64,000 bases of DNA from Microbotryum violaceum (Eukaryota): assembly GCA_001244265.2 (NCBI GenBank), contig CDLV01000012.1, positions 992,001 to 1,056,000 on the forward strand, given 5' to 3'. The position numbers were made by a program, and so were the translations under genes. Position 1 is the stretch's first letter; every line of letters begins with the position of its first letter. Under the pieces are notes generated by a model. That model did no database searches. It was given only the letters and a program-made list of their open reading frames with translations, and was not told where the DNA came from. Below are positions 11,127 through 24,543 of the stretch, piece after piece.

Positions 11127-12804
11127 ATGTTGTCGCGCTCGCAGCGTGCGAACCTGAATCAGGAGAACCCTCAGCACACGCATCGACCCGCGACAGGCAT
11201 CATCACCAAAACCCCAGCGCGCCCATCGAATGCAGCGCCGGGCCAGGGTATGCTTGGTGCAGGCCCTGTGTTGACCGCTAGGCATACCAACAAGGTCCTG
11301 GCGGCCAAAGACCGAAACGGCGGTGTAGGCGGTGGACTTGGTGTCAGTTTCGGACCAGCTGGTGAGCACACGACGGTTGAACGACGGGTTGAACGACGCG
11401 GGGCGATCGCAGCCTGCAGCCGCCCGCCGCGTCGCGTCGCATGGAACAGTTCCAACTAGACTGACCCTTCCTCCGGTCACCTTCCCAGCAACCAACAAGC
11501 TTCTCGTGTTTGACGCGTCGTGCAAGCCTGGCCCCCCCGTCACCGTACAACGCGTCAGAGGGTCGGCGCTCTCTCCTAAGGCCGTGCAGCCCGTGCAGCC
11601 CGTGCTGCCCGATCACCTTCGCACCCCTTCGCCTGGCGTTCACCGATACGCGTCGCTCTCCTTCTCTCCCGAAATCGTCTTCGATTCCGAACCTGATGCG
11701 AGCCACGAAACACTAGAGGAGGTGGATCTGGACCAGGACGTTGAGCTAGCAGGCGCTAGCGCGAGGAACTACGGTCAGTGGCGGGGTGCATGACCTTGGC
11801 AAAGGCGGTGAGCCAGAATCGCTACTCACTTCAAAGTCTCATGGCCGGCTTGATTGTACGTAGATGAGGAGTTCGAACCAGGCTTCTTCATTTCCAACTA
11901 CGCCGATAGCAATCTCGGTGACGTGATGCGAGGCATCGAGCTCGGCACAATCAACGCCGACTACGAAGCACTCGCAGCCCAAGATGAGGCCGATCGCACG
12001 GCTTTCAAAGCAACCTTGGAGATCGGTTGTGATAATATGGATCAGAGTGAGTTATCTCGATACCGTGCTGCTTCGGTGAGACTGTCAAGAGTCACGAAGA
12101 GCTAACCTTCCCCGTGAGCTCCTGACCTGTCTACAGACGCCGACTTCCCGAATCACGCAATATTTCCCATGCCGATACAACGCAAGGCCTTCTCGGTCAA
12201 GTCCACGAACATGCTTCCCCCGGTATCGACGAAGCAACCCATCCGGTTCGTGCAAGCGGCCGCGTCCAAGCCGAGTGGTCGACCGGCTTCTGCGACGGCG
12301 CAGCCGCCCCGGACCACTGGCGTCGCCGGCGACCCGTCTTCACCGTGGCCGAATCGGAACACCAGAACATCCAACGACACTGCGATGTCGCACCTTGCCT
12401 CAACTCGTCAAGCGCTCGGAGCCAAATTAGCCGAGACTTCACGCACTCGACCGGCCTCCGTCGCGTCGAAGAGCTCTACTGGCCGGCCAGCTTCCCGGCT
12501 CGTCCCGAACAAAACGGACGCGAGGGATTCTTCTCTCCCCGTCTCCTCGACTACTTCTTCCTCCGCCTTTTCTCTTCTTCCGAGTGGTGTTCGTCGCGCG
12601 TCCAACAGGTCCGTATCGAGCTTTCGCACGCTTCCTTCGAACGGCCCTGCTTCTCTTGCCGCCGCGCCAGCTGCGGCTCTCGACGATGCCGAGGAAGCGC
12701 TCGAAGCGTTTGGAATAGTGGAAACGCAACTCGACGTTTTCGAAGACGAACAGGACCTTGGCGTTGATGATGCCTTGTCGTTCCGGCTTGATCTGGACGG
12801 TTGA
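11127..12804 (+). CDS. hypothetical intrinsically disordered protein (possibly securin-like), 4 exons
   Basis: ATG 11127 MLSRSQRANLNQEN...KTPAR...KVLAAKDRN. GT-AG introns at ~11362, ~11774 and ~12047 link ORFs 11332-11793, 11854-12105 and 12169-12804. Acidic C-terminus. Confidence 0.7.
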
Positions 12805-13413
12805 TTTTGCCCCTCTTCGCGGCGTTGATCAGTAGATGGTTCTCCCTTCCTGTTCCGCCTCGACCTTCAGCTGTAGCTTGTGATACATATTGAACCCACC
12901 TCTCGCTTTCTTGATTTGAATACATTTTGTTAGTACAATTGTCGACTTTGCAATGCTTTCATTGATTTGTGTACATCTGGACCAGCTGCAAGACAATGTA
13001 ATTGGGGTGCAACAGCGGGACTGAATGCTGAGCTGCCGAGCCAGATCGCTAGCGCTGATCGAGGCAAAGGTGCAAATGTTGCGCGTGAAGAGGCTTCTTG
13101 ACACGCCTTGGAGCTCATTCCAGCAGGTCGACTCTGACCACCACCCTTGACCTATGCACAGGACGTGGTGGATCCGGAGCATCTCGGTCATCCGTGGCCA
13201 TCCTCTTCGACGACCTCTGTCCTCGTCGTCACGAGCTGCTTCGGTCGTGCGGCGTGCAGTCAAGTGCCGGCACTAGTAGTACACCGTCGGCCTCTTCAGC
13301 ACACCCGTCCCCGGTCGCCGGCCGTGCCCGTCCCATCCCGCCCGCGTCCTCCGCGACCACGCCTCCTACAGCCCCCGCACACGCGGATTATTTCGCTGTA
13401 AAGCATCCTCGAC

Positions 13414-16271
13414 ATGGCCACTATGAACAGTCCCGGTGTCTCTCCGACTCGCGCGCAGCTCAAGGCCTACACCGCCGCGTTCGCGTCGCATTACATGAGA
13501 AATCAGCCGCGCTATCAACGCCTGCTCATGCTCGGCTTCACGTCTTACGTCTGTTCGAACGTACGTCTACGAATTCCTCCTACCCTAGTATTGGTCCCGC
13601 TATACTGTTCAATAAGTGTGTGGTACTGTCCATTGAACGACATCGTGGTCTACTGCACAGACCTACATGGGTGTCACCGGTCGCGGCGCTGCAAAGAAGC
13701 CCCCACAACCCGGTTCAGCGGCCAAAGATCTGTCCAAAGATGGATCCGCCACGTCGACCTCGTCCAAAGGGCCGGCCGATGACGTCGAGGACGACAAGGT
13801 AGCCGGTAGTCGACGACCCAAGAAGAGACGGGGGCCTAGAGTTGAGGTTAGTCACGGGCGGTAGCGCCGGAGGCCTGGTCCAGGTCTGGGGGCTCTACCC
13901 GGCCCTCGCAAGACAGACCCGAACTGCGCTCGACGAAGGCGCATGGTCGCTTATAAAGTGGAAAAGTTGATCCTGTCCTCCTCATAGGTCGATGCTGTCT
14001 TCTTCGAGCGGCTGTCTAGGATACTGCGCATCGTGATTCCATCCAAGCGGTCCAAAGAAGCATCGCTGCTCGTGATCCATTCGCTCTTTCTCGTCCTTCG
14101 AACACTGCTGTCGCTTTACGTCGCGTCGCTCGATGGCAGTATTGTTTCTGCGCTTGTCAGGGCCAAGCCGCGCGAGTTCTTGTATCGCATCTTCTTGTGG
14201 ATGGTCAGTACTGCGAATCAGGCTAGCCCTTTCACCTCCCCATTGGACCTCTGCTTATGCGCCCGCATCTTCTGGCAGGCCGTTGCAATCCCCGCAACGT
14301 ACACGAACTCAATGTTGAGCTACATGCAAAGCAAGCTCGGTAAATCTCGACCTGTTATCGCCTGTGGGTGCGATCTGGGAGCAACGCTGACCGAATATCC
14401 TTCCCCGACAGCGATCGCGTACCGCACTCGGCTGATCAAGCGTGTGCACGAAATGTACCTCGAGGACACCACATTCTACGCCCTGGGCAACCTGGACGAC
14501 CGCATCAAGAATGCAGATCAGCTCATCACGGTCGACATACAGAAGTTCTCAAACTCGCTGGCAGAGATCTACTCCAACATTGCCAAGCCGGTGCTCGACG
14601 TCATCATCTACAATTATCAGCTTTCGCGGAACGTTGGAGCCGAAGGGCTTATTGGATTGACCCTCATCATTCAACTGTCCGCCGCACTCTTGCGCTTCGC
14701 CACCCCTCCATTCGGAAGGTACGCTGCCGAGGAGCAGCGACTCGAGGGTGAATACCGATTCGCCCACACACGCTTGCTCGAGAACGCCGAAGAGGTCGCT
14801 CTCTACCGCGGCTCGCTCGTCGAGAAGAACATCATTGAGCGCAGCTATTTCGCTTTGATCAAGCACGTCAATCGAATTTTCCGCATGCGCATGTTGCACG
14901 GACTCGTGGAGGAGGGCATCGTCAAGTGGGTGTGGGGCTCCCTCGGGCTGCTCATCTGCGCGATCCCCGTCTTTTTCAAGATCCCAGGCGCTTCGGGTGG
15001 TGTGGATTTCGGTGGTCGTACCGAAGGGTTCGTGACGAACCGTCGCCTCCTTTTGTCGGCCTCGGACGCGCTCGGCCGATTGATGTCGACCTATCGCGAA
15101 CTATCGGAGCTGTCGGGCTACACCCAGCGCGTGTCTGAACTGCTCGATACGATGGAGGAGACCAAGCGGGGCAAGTTCCAGAAGAAGCTAGTCAGTAGCG
15201 CCGGTACAGAGGAAAATGCGCGCGTCCTGCAAGGGCGAGGCACGTTCGTGCATTCGGACGACGAGATCATCTTTGATAAGGTCCCCATCGTCACACCGAA
15301 TGGCGACATCCTTATCAAGTCGCTGTCCTTCTACGTCAAACCAGGGGGCCATTTGCTCGTTATCGGTGGCAACGGTACCGGCAAGTCATCCTTGTTCCGT
15401 ATTCTCGGTGGTCTGTGGCCCATCTACGGAGGTACGGTCACCAAGCCGCCGGCGAGCGAGTTCACCTACATCCCGCAGCGACCCTACCTTTCACTCGGCA
15501 CACTACGGGACCAGATCATCTATCCCCACTCACGCAGCAAGATGATCGAACGAGGCGTGACTGATGCCGATCTGATGCGCATCCTCGCCAAACTTGAGAT
15601 TGATCACATCGTCGAGCGCGAAGGTGGCTGGGACGTACAAAGGGAATGGAGAGACGCTCTTAGCGGTGGAGACAAGCAGCGCATCGCCATGGCCCGCTTG
15701 TTCTACCACTCTCCCAAAGTGAACCGAAGAGGATGCCGTATCAATAAGTGCACGAGTTGACACAGTGGTTTCCAATTTACAGTACGCTATTCTCGACGAA
15801 TGCACGAGCGCCGTCACCCTTGCCGTGGAGAAGACATTTTACGATGGTGCCACTGGTAGGCCCAGTTTCGATTGCTGCTCGCGAAGACGATGCAGCCACT
15901 GTGCTGATTGAGCGTCATCATTGCCGTTGACTTGTTGCAGAGCTCGGCATTACACTTTTGACCGTGTCGCATCGACCTTCCCTGTGGAAGTACCACAAAT
16001 ACATCTTGCAGTACGATGGGCAAGGCGGTTATGCTTTCTGCCCCCTCGACGCCGAGAAGAGGCTCGCGTTGCAAGAAGTAAGCCCTTCCCGAGGTTGACC
16101 CATTGATTGAGACTAGGAACCGCACCCTGATCAGAACTTCTTGATCGCACGCCTAATCAGGAGAAGCAGGTGCTCGAGCAGAAGCTGTTGGAAGTGCCAC
16201 AATTGCAAGCGAGGTTGGAGGAGATGACGAGGGAACGAGCTGAGCGCGAGAAGCGGAAGGACTCTATCTAA
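13414..16271 (+). CDS. PXA2: peroxisomal long-chain fatty acid ABC transporter (ABCD family, Pxa2-like)
   Basis: ABC_membrane_2-type sequence ([30 protein letters not shown]), Walker [10 protein letters not shown], signature LSGGDKQR, Walker B YAILDE. Multiple GT-AG introns; stop TAA 16269-16271. The PXA1 vs PXA2 assignment is tentative. Confidence 0.93.
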
Positions 16272-16543
16272 GTAGCTCTTTAACCGACGAAGTAGCTTTT
16301 GGGCGATAGCTTGACCTTCGATGTGTAAACCGATGCAAGTCCGAGCAAGTCTCTGGATCTCACTGTGTGCCGGGAATAGTGGAGTCTGGCAAGAGCTCGC
16401 AAATCGGCGATGGGTTATTTCATGCCAGTTCCTGCCTCGATCATGTGGGGGAGGTCTTGGTGGGTGGGAGGGACTAGCAGGCGCAACTGACAGGCGGAGA
16501 CTCCCTCCATGCCGTCCATCGACTGGGACAACTTCAAACGTAT

Positions 16544-17042
16544 ATGGGCTGGAGCCTCGCAAGAAGTACGATTCGTCGGGGTTGTGACTCTCTTGGACTC
16601 AGGATGGCGTCTTCTTCTGCTCCGACACTTCGCAACACCCCCGCCTCGTCGACCGACCTTGCGCCGCTACTGGAGCAGGGCTGGTCGCTCACTGCGCCAG
16701 CTTCGTCGTCACAGAACAAGCTCAAGAAGGAATTCATCTTCAAGGACTTCTCGCAAGCCTTTAGCTTCATGACAAGGACAGCTCTGAGCGCCGAGAAGCT
16801 GAACGTGAGCAGGACCATGAATCCATGATCGCCGTCTCCTCGTTTGGTTGGCGCCGAATGCTGACAACATGGCGTTTTCTGACACTGCTGGGTTACGATA
16901 GCACCATCCTGAGTGGTTTAACGTGTACAACAAGGTCATCATCGAATTGACCACGCACGATCGCGGGTCGTCGCTGACCGGCCTCGATGTTCGGCTCGCG
17001 ACGAGGATAGGCCAATTTGCGCAGGAAACGGGAGCTTCATAG
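16544..17042 (+). CDS. pterin-4-alpha-carbinolamine dehydratase (PCBD family)
   Basis: [17 protein letters not shown]...[25 protein letters not shown]...LTGLDVRLA, with one intron ~16805-16901. The start may be 16544 (possible targeting peptide) or 16604. Confidence 0.92.
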
Positions 17043-17723
17043 GGTGCCGATACTACCGAATACGGAAATGGGCGTCCAAATTCATCGTTATAATCACTAT
17101 CGAGGGTTTAACATTGTCCGCTTGGAGCTGATCATACACCGAGCGCCTGAACTGCTGCGACGCTTCGCAGGCATGCTTACTACACTATTCGTTATCCTGA
17201 GGATAGGCACCCAGGCAAATTCGGACATGATTTTTGTGGGCGAGACTTTCGAGCAACGCACACATATGTCTGGCACACACGACGACTTTAATTGTGGACG
17301 CCGACGTTGGAGTCCCCATAAACAGGGGGAAACTTGGCCCTGATCGGCCTGATCGGCGTAAAGAATAAAATTGTGGTGGTCACTGCACCGGCCACAACCG
17401 TGTGATAAGGTCTGAACACCGAGCGTCCGACAGGAGCCCGGCGAGATAGCTGGGCTCATTCACCCTGAAGAAGTGTACCACCTTGGTATCTACCCAGCTA
17501 CGTATGTAGCTAATACGAGTCGGGGTTCGCTGCAGTGCGCGCTGCTCGTGGCCCGAGAAGAGCCGGCGTCATGAGCCCTCGGAAACCCGGCGGTGATGAC
17601 GTCGTGATGAGCCCCGCATGTAGCGCGAATTCAGATAGCGAGGGGCCGTTCTCTTACCCTCTTACCTCATCCGCTTTACAGCTCTCTCAGACCTCAGACA
17701 CGTACGAACACAAATACCACATC

Positions 17724-18341
17724 ATGTAAGTTGTTGGTTGTGACATGCCATCTGCGGCTCACGGTCTTCCGACTGACCGAGTGCTGCACATGTGCTTCTA
17801 CGTTGCGCAGGTCCGCCAACCCATATTCGAACTCGGCCAACTTCGACCACGGCCGCACGACCACACCGTCGGTTGACTCGTCTGCCCCCGCGCCCACAGC
17901 AACAAGTCAAACCAAGACGTCAGCCACCGATCCGGAACACACCGAGTACCCCGAACAGAGGCATGCCGGCAAAGGTAAGCCGCAGCTCTTGACTTCTGGG
18001 TCGTGACTCCCCGAGCGACCTCGGTCAGGAGATTGACGCCCGAAATAGCTCCGGCAAGCTTGAGCGAGTCTCGTCTTCTTTATTTACGGGCTGAATTCTG
18101 ACGTACAACCCTATATTACTCGTTCTCACCTTCTCGTTGAACAGTCGGATTGGGTCCCAACTACAAGGTGCACCCTACCACTTCCGACAAGATCGAGGGC
18201 CAAAAAGACATCCTAGTTGGCAAGATCACTCGAAACGAGGAGAAGGTGCAGGACGGCCTTGACAAGAAGACTGGTGACAAGTGGGACAAGGAGAAGGCCA
18301 AGGATGATGCGGAGGATCCCTTCGCCAAGAAGGAGGCCTAG
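17724..18341 (+). CDS. small hydrophilic CsbD-like/stress-type protein, 3 exons
   Basis: AT|G start split by intron 17726-17810; EYPEQRHAGK|VGLGPNY...DKIEGQKDILVGKITRNEEKVQDG. Confidence 0.7.
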
Positions 18342-19846
18342 AAAGCCTGGCACGCATCGGTGCTTACATTCCTTCTGCATGCCCGCTATGGCTCCTGTCA
18401 ATCCTCGTCTAGTTCATCTCAGAGCTCAAGTCGTCTTGTATTTCCCACTGATTCACTTCCGCAGTATGAAATCTCAAATAAATCTTCACGGGTATGCTTG
18501 TTAGTGACGTGACCACCGTCCCACTTACTTAAATGTGATCTCCAACCACATACAAGTGATGTTGGGAGAGTAGGTTCCGGCTCGATTGGGCGCAGTGGAG
18601 TGCTGAAGCTGGCTTGGGCCCCGATCTACTTTCCGACTATGTATTCGTTACAGGTCTTCTCGTGTTTGTGAGATGACCAGGTGGAAATTACGACCAGATA
18701 CCGCGGGAATGGTTCAGCAATATGGCTACTTAACATCTGAACAGATTCCCACTTTCTGGAACGCCTTCGACCAATGGCACGATTCCGTTCGTAAGTGTCT
18801 GATGTAGCCTTAAATTAGTCGGCAGGGTACAAAGCTAACGCTTTGCAAGTATGGAAAACTCCTGAGGATGGTGCCGCGCACGTACTACCAGCCCGAAACT
18901 AGTAAGGCGTTCTGGATCATCACTCACATTCCGTCCCAGAGTTCGGTCTCGATGTTGACGGGCAACTTAAGCGAGTACACGATGACGCACCATTCTAGAT
19001 CCAAGGAAACTTTTGTCGATGAAATCAATTTTTAGGCGTACAGCGTACCCGTTAAGAGTGCAGGACGTCACCATACAGTGTAGTCGTGCCCCCGGAGGGG
19101 ATTCAGGGGCTCGTCTTGCGGAGGAAGGAATGCGTGCAGAAATCCCGGGGCGACATTCAACCACGATCAGCTCAAGGCATAAGTAATGCGAGATGAAAGG
19201 TTTTTGGCCATCTATATCCGAGTGTTACGCGGCCTTTTCTCACTTGATTTCCTACCATTGCAACGTTGGTCGGCGCAGGGACGCCGTCCTCACCGCGCAG
19301 TCAGATGCGCACCGATTCGCAGATCGTTCGTTGTGTCCGATAAGCAGACGACCAGGACCCTTCGCTGCGGTACCAAGCATGAAGAGTGGTTACAATACCG
19401 TGGGCCAGCGTGGTTAAATCAGCAGCCGGAGGAGACGGAGGCTACGATGGGACCAGGCTTGGACGCTGGAACGGGGGCACACCGGTCGACCACAGCAGGC
19501 AGCGGCGTGGGAAAGTCGGAACCCGAGACAGGCTCTCTACCAGAGAGACTGGTGTCTATGCTGCCTCTTTGCACGTCAAAGAGGAAATTGAACCTTGGAA
19601 GACATGGGATGCGCCTACTCGTCCTCAATTCCACTTGGTGAGTTTGGTGGGTACTGGCTTTCAGGCTGAGGGCGATCGCTCTCAAGCTTTGCCCGTGTGA
19701 AACCCTAAATTCAAGAAGAATGAAGAATGAAGGAGCAGATCACTATCCGATCTGCACGCCATGGTCAAGTGAGAACACGGGGTCCCACATAGGTGTGAGG
19801 ACACCATACTACAAGCAAAGTACATTCACTGGTCACGATGCTACTT

Positions 19847-20603
19847 TCATAGCTTGGGCTTTCCAGTGGCTTCTGGCCGATTTATCGAGGGTACTACCTT
19901 CTGCAGCCATCGAGTTAGGTCCTGCAGCTCCTCCAGACAAGCACTATGAGCCATGCCTGGGATCAGAGAATTGTTTATGGGAATCCTCGGATCAGCCAAT
20001 GCGACCATCGGCCCATATCGTTCTTTGCCCAGAGGTCACTTACCAGGGTAGGTTTGGAACTCCAAACGTTGAAGACCGGCGCCTCGAAGTCTGGCAACTC
20101 CGGCCTCGCCGGTGCTAAAGCTGCGCACAGAGCATGAGGAAGGCTTGAGTGAAGGAGCACAAGTGGACGCAGGTACCACAATGCGCTCGTGACCGCAGTC
20201 TTCGAGTTCGTGCTTACGAGATGACAGGGTCGGCGGTGCCGTGGCCGACAAAGACGGGTGTTTCTCGTGCCCACGGACTTAGCATCTGCAGGGGGTGTAC
20301 ATGCGCCTAGAAGACGTCAGGGTTTCCGATTGGTCGCTCGTGAAATTTCATCCTGTTACCGTAACTTGCCGATACGAACTTCCACTGCAGCGGCGTATAC
20401 CCCGATAGCGCGACGACATCCCCGAATCTCAATTTGCCGGCCAGGCCGAGCGTCATCGCCAAAGCCGCACCTTGACTGTCCACCAATTACGATCCTACCG
20501 GGTGCGATACCAGCGTCTATTTCGGTCTGTATGATCTGGGTGAGGTCGTCGACCGACTCGCCGAGTCCTTCTTCATCTTCGTCGCGTAGGTGGTCCAATG
20601 ATG
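19847..20603 (-). pseudogene. 5'-truncated acyl-protein thioesterase / lysophospholipase (APT1-like)
   Basis: DEDEEG...EIDAGIAPGRIVIGG[frameshift]SQGAALA...VALSGYTP|...TPVFVGHGTADPVI|...FQTYP|GMAHSA...WL. 2-nt loss just before the nucleophile Ser (~20477); no N-terminal HGLGD exons found. Confidence 0.7.
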
Positions 20604-20866
20604 CTAGGGGAGAATCAAGTCAGCCGGTTGTAGCGCTATAGAAGCGGTCCCGGCTCGGGGGACTCAATGGGGTCCGGTCAAGCGTTGGACCCGGGCTGAC
20701 CTGCAGCTAGCTGCTCGCCTCCACGCTCAGTCTCAGCGCACTGCCTGCTCGTGCGCTAGGTCGGCGATCGTCATCCCACTGAGCACACAGCGCTTTTTTG
20801 GATTTGCGACCTGTACTAGTCTCGATTCCGGCCTGTCTCGCATCCGGTGCCGCAGCTTCTCCTCCA

Positions 20867-20912
20867 CTCAGCTCGGCTCAGCTCAGCTCAGCTCAGCTCA
20901 GCTCAGCTCAGC
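20867..20912. repeat. (GCTCA)n pentanucleotide microsatellite
   Basis: About 9 tandem GCTCA/GCTCG units upstream of the PHD gene. Confidence 0.9.
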
Positions 20913-21021
20913 CCGTCCTGCCGCTCGCGCTCAGCTATCAGCTCCACATCAGCTCCGGGGCCCTACGTCAGTCGATACCCACAACTGGACTACATATCAT
21001 CCGCACTATAATACCACCAGC

Positions 21022-24000
21022 ATGAGTAAGTCCAAAGTGCTCGAGCTTTGTCCGAAGGTTGTGAGCATGCTAGCTCGTTAGCGTCACCGGCCAAGCGTCA
21101 CCTTACCGCGCCCGGCCCAGCTTATTGCGTAATCACCTCATCACGTCGGCTATTCCCACCGAGCCAGTCTCCACATCTGTGCTCCTGCACGTTCATCATG
21201 ACATTGCGCCGCGAGCGGATGTCCAGCGCGATGGCCACCTTCGACGTGACGTCGTTCGGACGTCTACGGCGCCTCAACGACTGCCTTCGCATTGCTCGTC
21301 TTGCTGGGGTCCGATTCTAGACGCAGGCGACTCGCTCAGCACTGATCCTCTGTACCCTCCGTCCTGCCTACAGCCAAAGGAAAACGGAAAGGAAGCTATC
21401 GTACCGCCTCGACATCCGTCAGCGCCAGCAATTCGCCCAGCCTCGGCGCGTCGCTGCCCTTGCCCTCGCTCGCGTCGGATGCGGCACCCGGACATGCATC
21501 ATCAACGGCCTTGAATGCCACGAATAACATAGAAGCAGGAGAGACGAACTCGAGTGAACAACGGCCCTCGAAACAACAGCCCTCGAATCATGCCGCTAAC
21601 TCAACAGAGGCTGTGGACGGCACCCCATCTCAAATCGAGCCTGGACCCGAGGAGCCTGAACCGGTGCCTGAGCCTGAGCTTGAGCCGGCGCCAACGGCAC
21701 CGGACAATGTCGAGCCCGTCATGGCGGCCTCGTTATCATCCTCGGCATTGTGCGCGCCGGACGATGCGGTAGCCGCTACGAACACGAGCGTCCTTTCTCC
21801 CGAGGCCGAACGTCACGAGTCGCCCGAACAGACCGAACCAACAGTCCAAGACCTTCTTGAGCGAAGCGACCGACAATATTCGGAATCCGCGGCGGACGAA
21901 CCATCCGCTGGCGCCGAGCCGGTCGAAGGGGACCCTGGAGAGGTTCCTCCCTTGGCTTCGACTTCGGTGCATGTTGAAGAAGAGGTCGATAACAAGCCTT
22001 TGACGACGACGATCGAGCCGGAAGCGGAGCCTGCTGTCGAACCCGAGTCGGGTCTCGCTACCAACTACGCGGGCAAACCACGGCGGTCCGGGGCTACGCT
22101 CAAGAAGTCACCCCCACTACCTGCTTCCAAGAACAAGATGGCCACGGGTAAGAAAGGGTCGACCAAAGGAACATCCAAGCTCGACGATTCGCGTGAGTTA
22201 AAAGACGAAATTTATGTCGAGAAGCGAGGCGCCAGGGCCGCGCGAGCCGGCGCGAAGAAGCTAGTCGAGGTCGACGAGGACGAAGGCTTCTTATTGGAGG
22301 AAGAAGAAGAGGCCGATGGTGCGGAGGGCTTCACGAGATGCATCTGTGGAGAAGACAGTGAGTTTGCTTATCGTACCCTGGAATCTTCGGACCAGACACT
22401 GACGCAGCTTGATCTCCTTGCGCAGCCGTTGAGAAGGAACAAGAGCTCATGATCCAGTGCGACACTTGCAAATGCTGGCAACATGGACCATGTATTGGAC
22501 TTGTAGAAGAGGAGGTGATCTCTCTCTCACAATGCCCTGTAAGATGCTTTTGAGACGCTGACGATGATCTGGGATCAAATGGCAGGAATGTCCCGACCGG
22601 TACTTCTGCGAGTTGTGCAAGCCAACATGGCACGGCCAGAATGGGTGGGTTTACCGAAAAACCTTTGAGGTGCTCGGCTTGACCTCTTTTTCGCTGACCT
22701 AATCACCGATGATTGCCGCAGTCAAATCCGCAAAACCCACCGCAAAGTCATGATAAACCGTACTGCCGCCTTACCCTCACCACCAGGGCAGACGAGCGGC
22801 GTTGCCCCCGCTACTATGCCAGTCACCGCCAGTATTCGTGGGCAAAAACCTCGCGAGTCCGCTGATGCCGCTCTGGTCTCGGCATATCTTGCCGTTGAGT
22901 CCACCGGCGATGCGTCCGCGCCGGCGATCCGCCACGAATCACGGTCGCTCTCACCTAATCAACAAGGCGGCGGGACCAAGGCCGAACCAGCGCCAAAGAA
23001 GCGGAGTACGATGAACTCTCGCGATGCCGCTTACGATGACGCCATCGCGTTGAGCCTGATGACGCCGGCAGCAGCGGCGATGCGTGCCAAGTTGGAGAAG
23101 AGAACCGTCACCGGGAAAGATGCTGCCGGTCTGGGTCTCGATGAGGACGGAGTGCTACGGCATCCTGCCATCTTGCTAGGCGAGCTACCAAGTCTACCCT
23201 CACTCAATTTCGAGTCTGCACCGCCGCCTCCGGGCGCTCCCGAGGCCAAAATGGATGTCGATGTCGACGGACTGAACCAACCTGGAGCAAATCTCGACGA
23301 CGACTCGAGTGAGTGCTCCGGATCAGAACCACCGGCTGAGAACGAAACGGGACTGACCTTTGTGATATTCCTATGTTTCCCAGCTGTATCACCCAACCCC
23401 AATGCTAGTGCTCGAGCGAAACATCCGAACCAATACACCTATCGTCCCAAACCGGGGCCAACGCCGAGCGGTCGAGGACGCGGCTCGCCCGTCAAGCGAG
23501 CCAGTGGCAGGGATACGTCAGGAGGCGCTTCACTGGGGAACACGTCTGTCAATGCGAGCGGTGTGACCATGGCTTCGTCCGAGCATCCATCTCGCACCCA
23601 CCGGCCGCAGCGTGATTGGGTACCAGGCAACGACCCCTCGGGATGGGGCATCCCCGAACACCTCAAGCACCTTTCGCACCTGCTCCCAACGCCTAGTCCT
23701 CAGCCCATCCACGTTCCGCGCAAGCGATCTTCCGACTCATACTCGTCGAGGACGCCACCGACGACGGCGGAAGCTCCGACCAAGATCCGATTTCCGAACA
23801 AACGCATGACGATGCCCGAGATGCGCAAGCGCGCGCGCAACGTACTTGAGTACTTGACGAGGGTGCAGATCGAATTGTCGGATCGGGAGAAGAGGACCGA
23901 GCATGTTGAGAAGGCGGCCCTCTCTGGTGGTTCGGGAGCGTCCGGATCGACCGTTGCCGTTCAACAGAACGCGGCCAGTTCGGACCACCTCGATAGCATG

Positions 24001-24063
24001 AGCCTGATGGACGAGTTGACCAAGGACATTATCATGTTTCAAAAGACGTACTTTGAGGGCTAG
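21022..24063 (+). CDS. CTI6: PHD-finger protein, Cti6-like (Rpd3L histone deacetylase complex subunit)
   Basis: TRCICG...MIQCDTCKCWQHGPCIG...YFCELCKP (PHD), KRSTMNSRDAAYD, C-terminal RMTMPEMRKRARNVLEYLTRVQ...MDELTKDIIMFQ. First exon ATGA|GT is spliced in frame to 21374. Confidence 0.85.
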
Positions 24064-24543
24064 TCAGTAGTTTAAGCGCTGTATCACTTGGATTTTTCCT
24101 TTGTTCTGTCGTTCATGTTGCGTCCATGTCATTTTGTGTACCGTTATAGCTTGTGCACTTGATCATTCTCAGTGTCCAAGAATAATCCCAGAGAGCGCCA
24201 ATTGCACATACGCATAATTATGGGGCAGAAGAAATGCATTCCACTGCACAGTTCCACAGTTAGTTACCAGGCGATCCGCACGCCTGGTCGGATGCTTTAC
24301 CATCTCGTCCAAGATTAGGATATTACATAATTTTATCTCCAAGAAGATTCGATTCAATATTACGTTCCGTGTGGTGGAGTTCGTCGGCCAAGGCTTGGCC
24401 GTGAAGCATTAGTAATGAGACGCATTATCCGCATTCGCCCGCTGACTGGCTTGCGCGGGTGGTCGACGGCGTTCAACGCTTAGCGACGCTCTACGTCTTC
24501 CCATCTTGCACACTCGAACCTCTTCTGTGACCCAGATCCGATC

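Noticed and set aside
18640-19700. Possible gene remnant (splice-like signals, ORF 19186-19641)
   Set aside because: No recognisable domain, and I could not assemble a consistent spliced frame.
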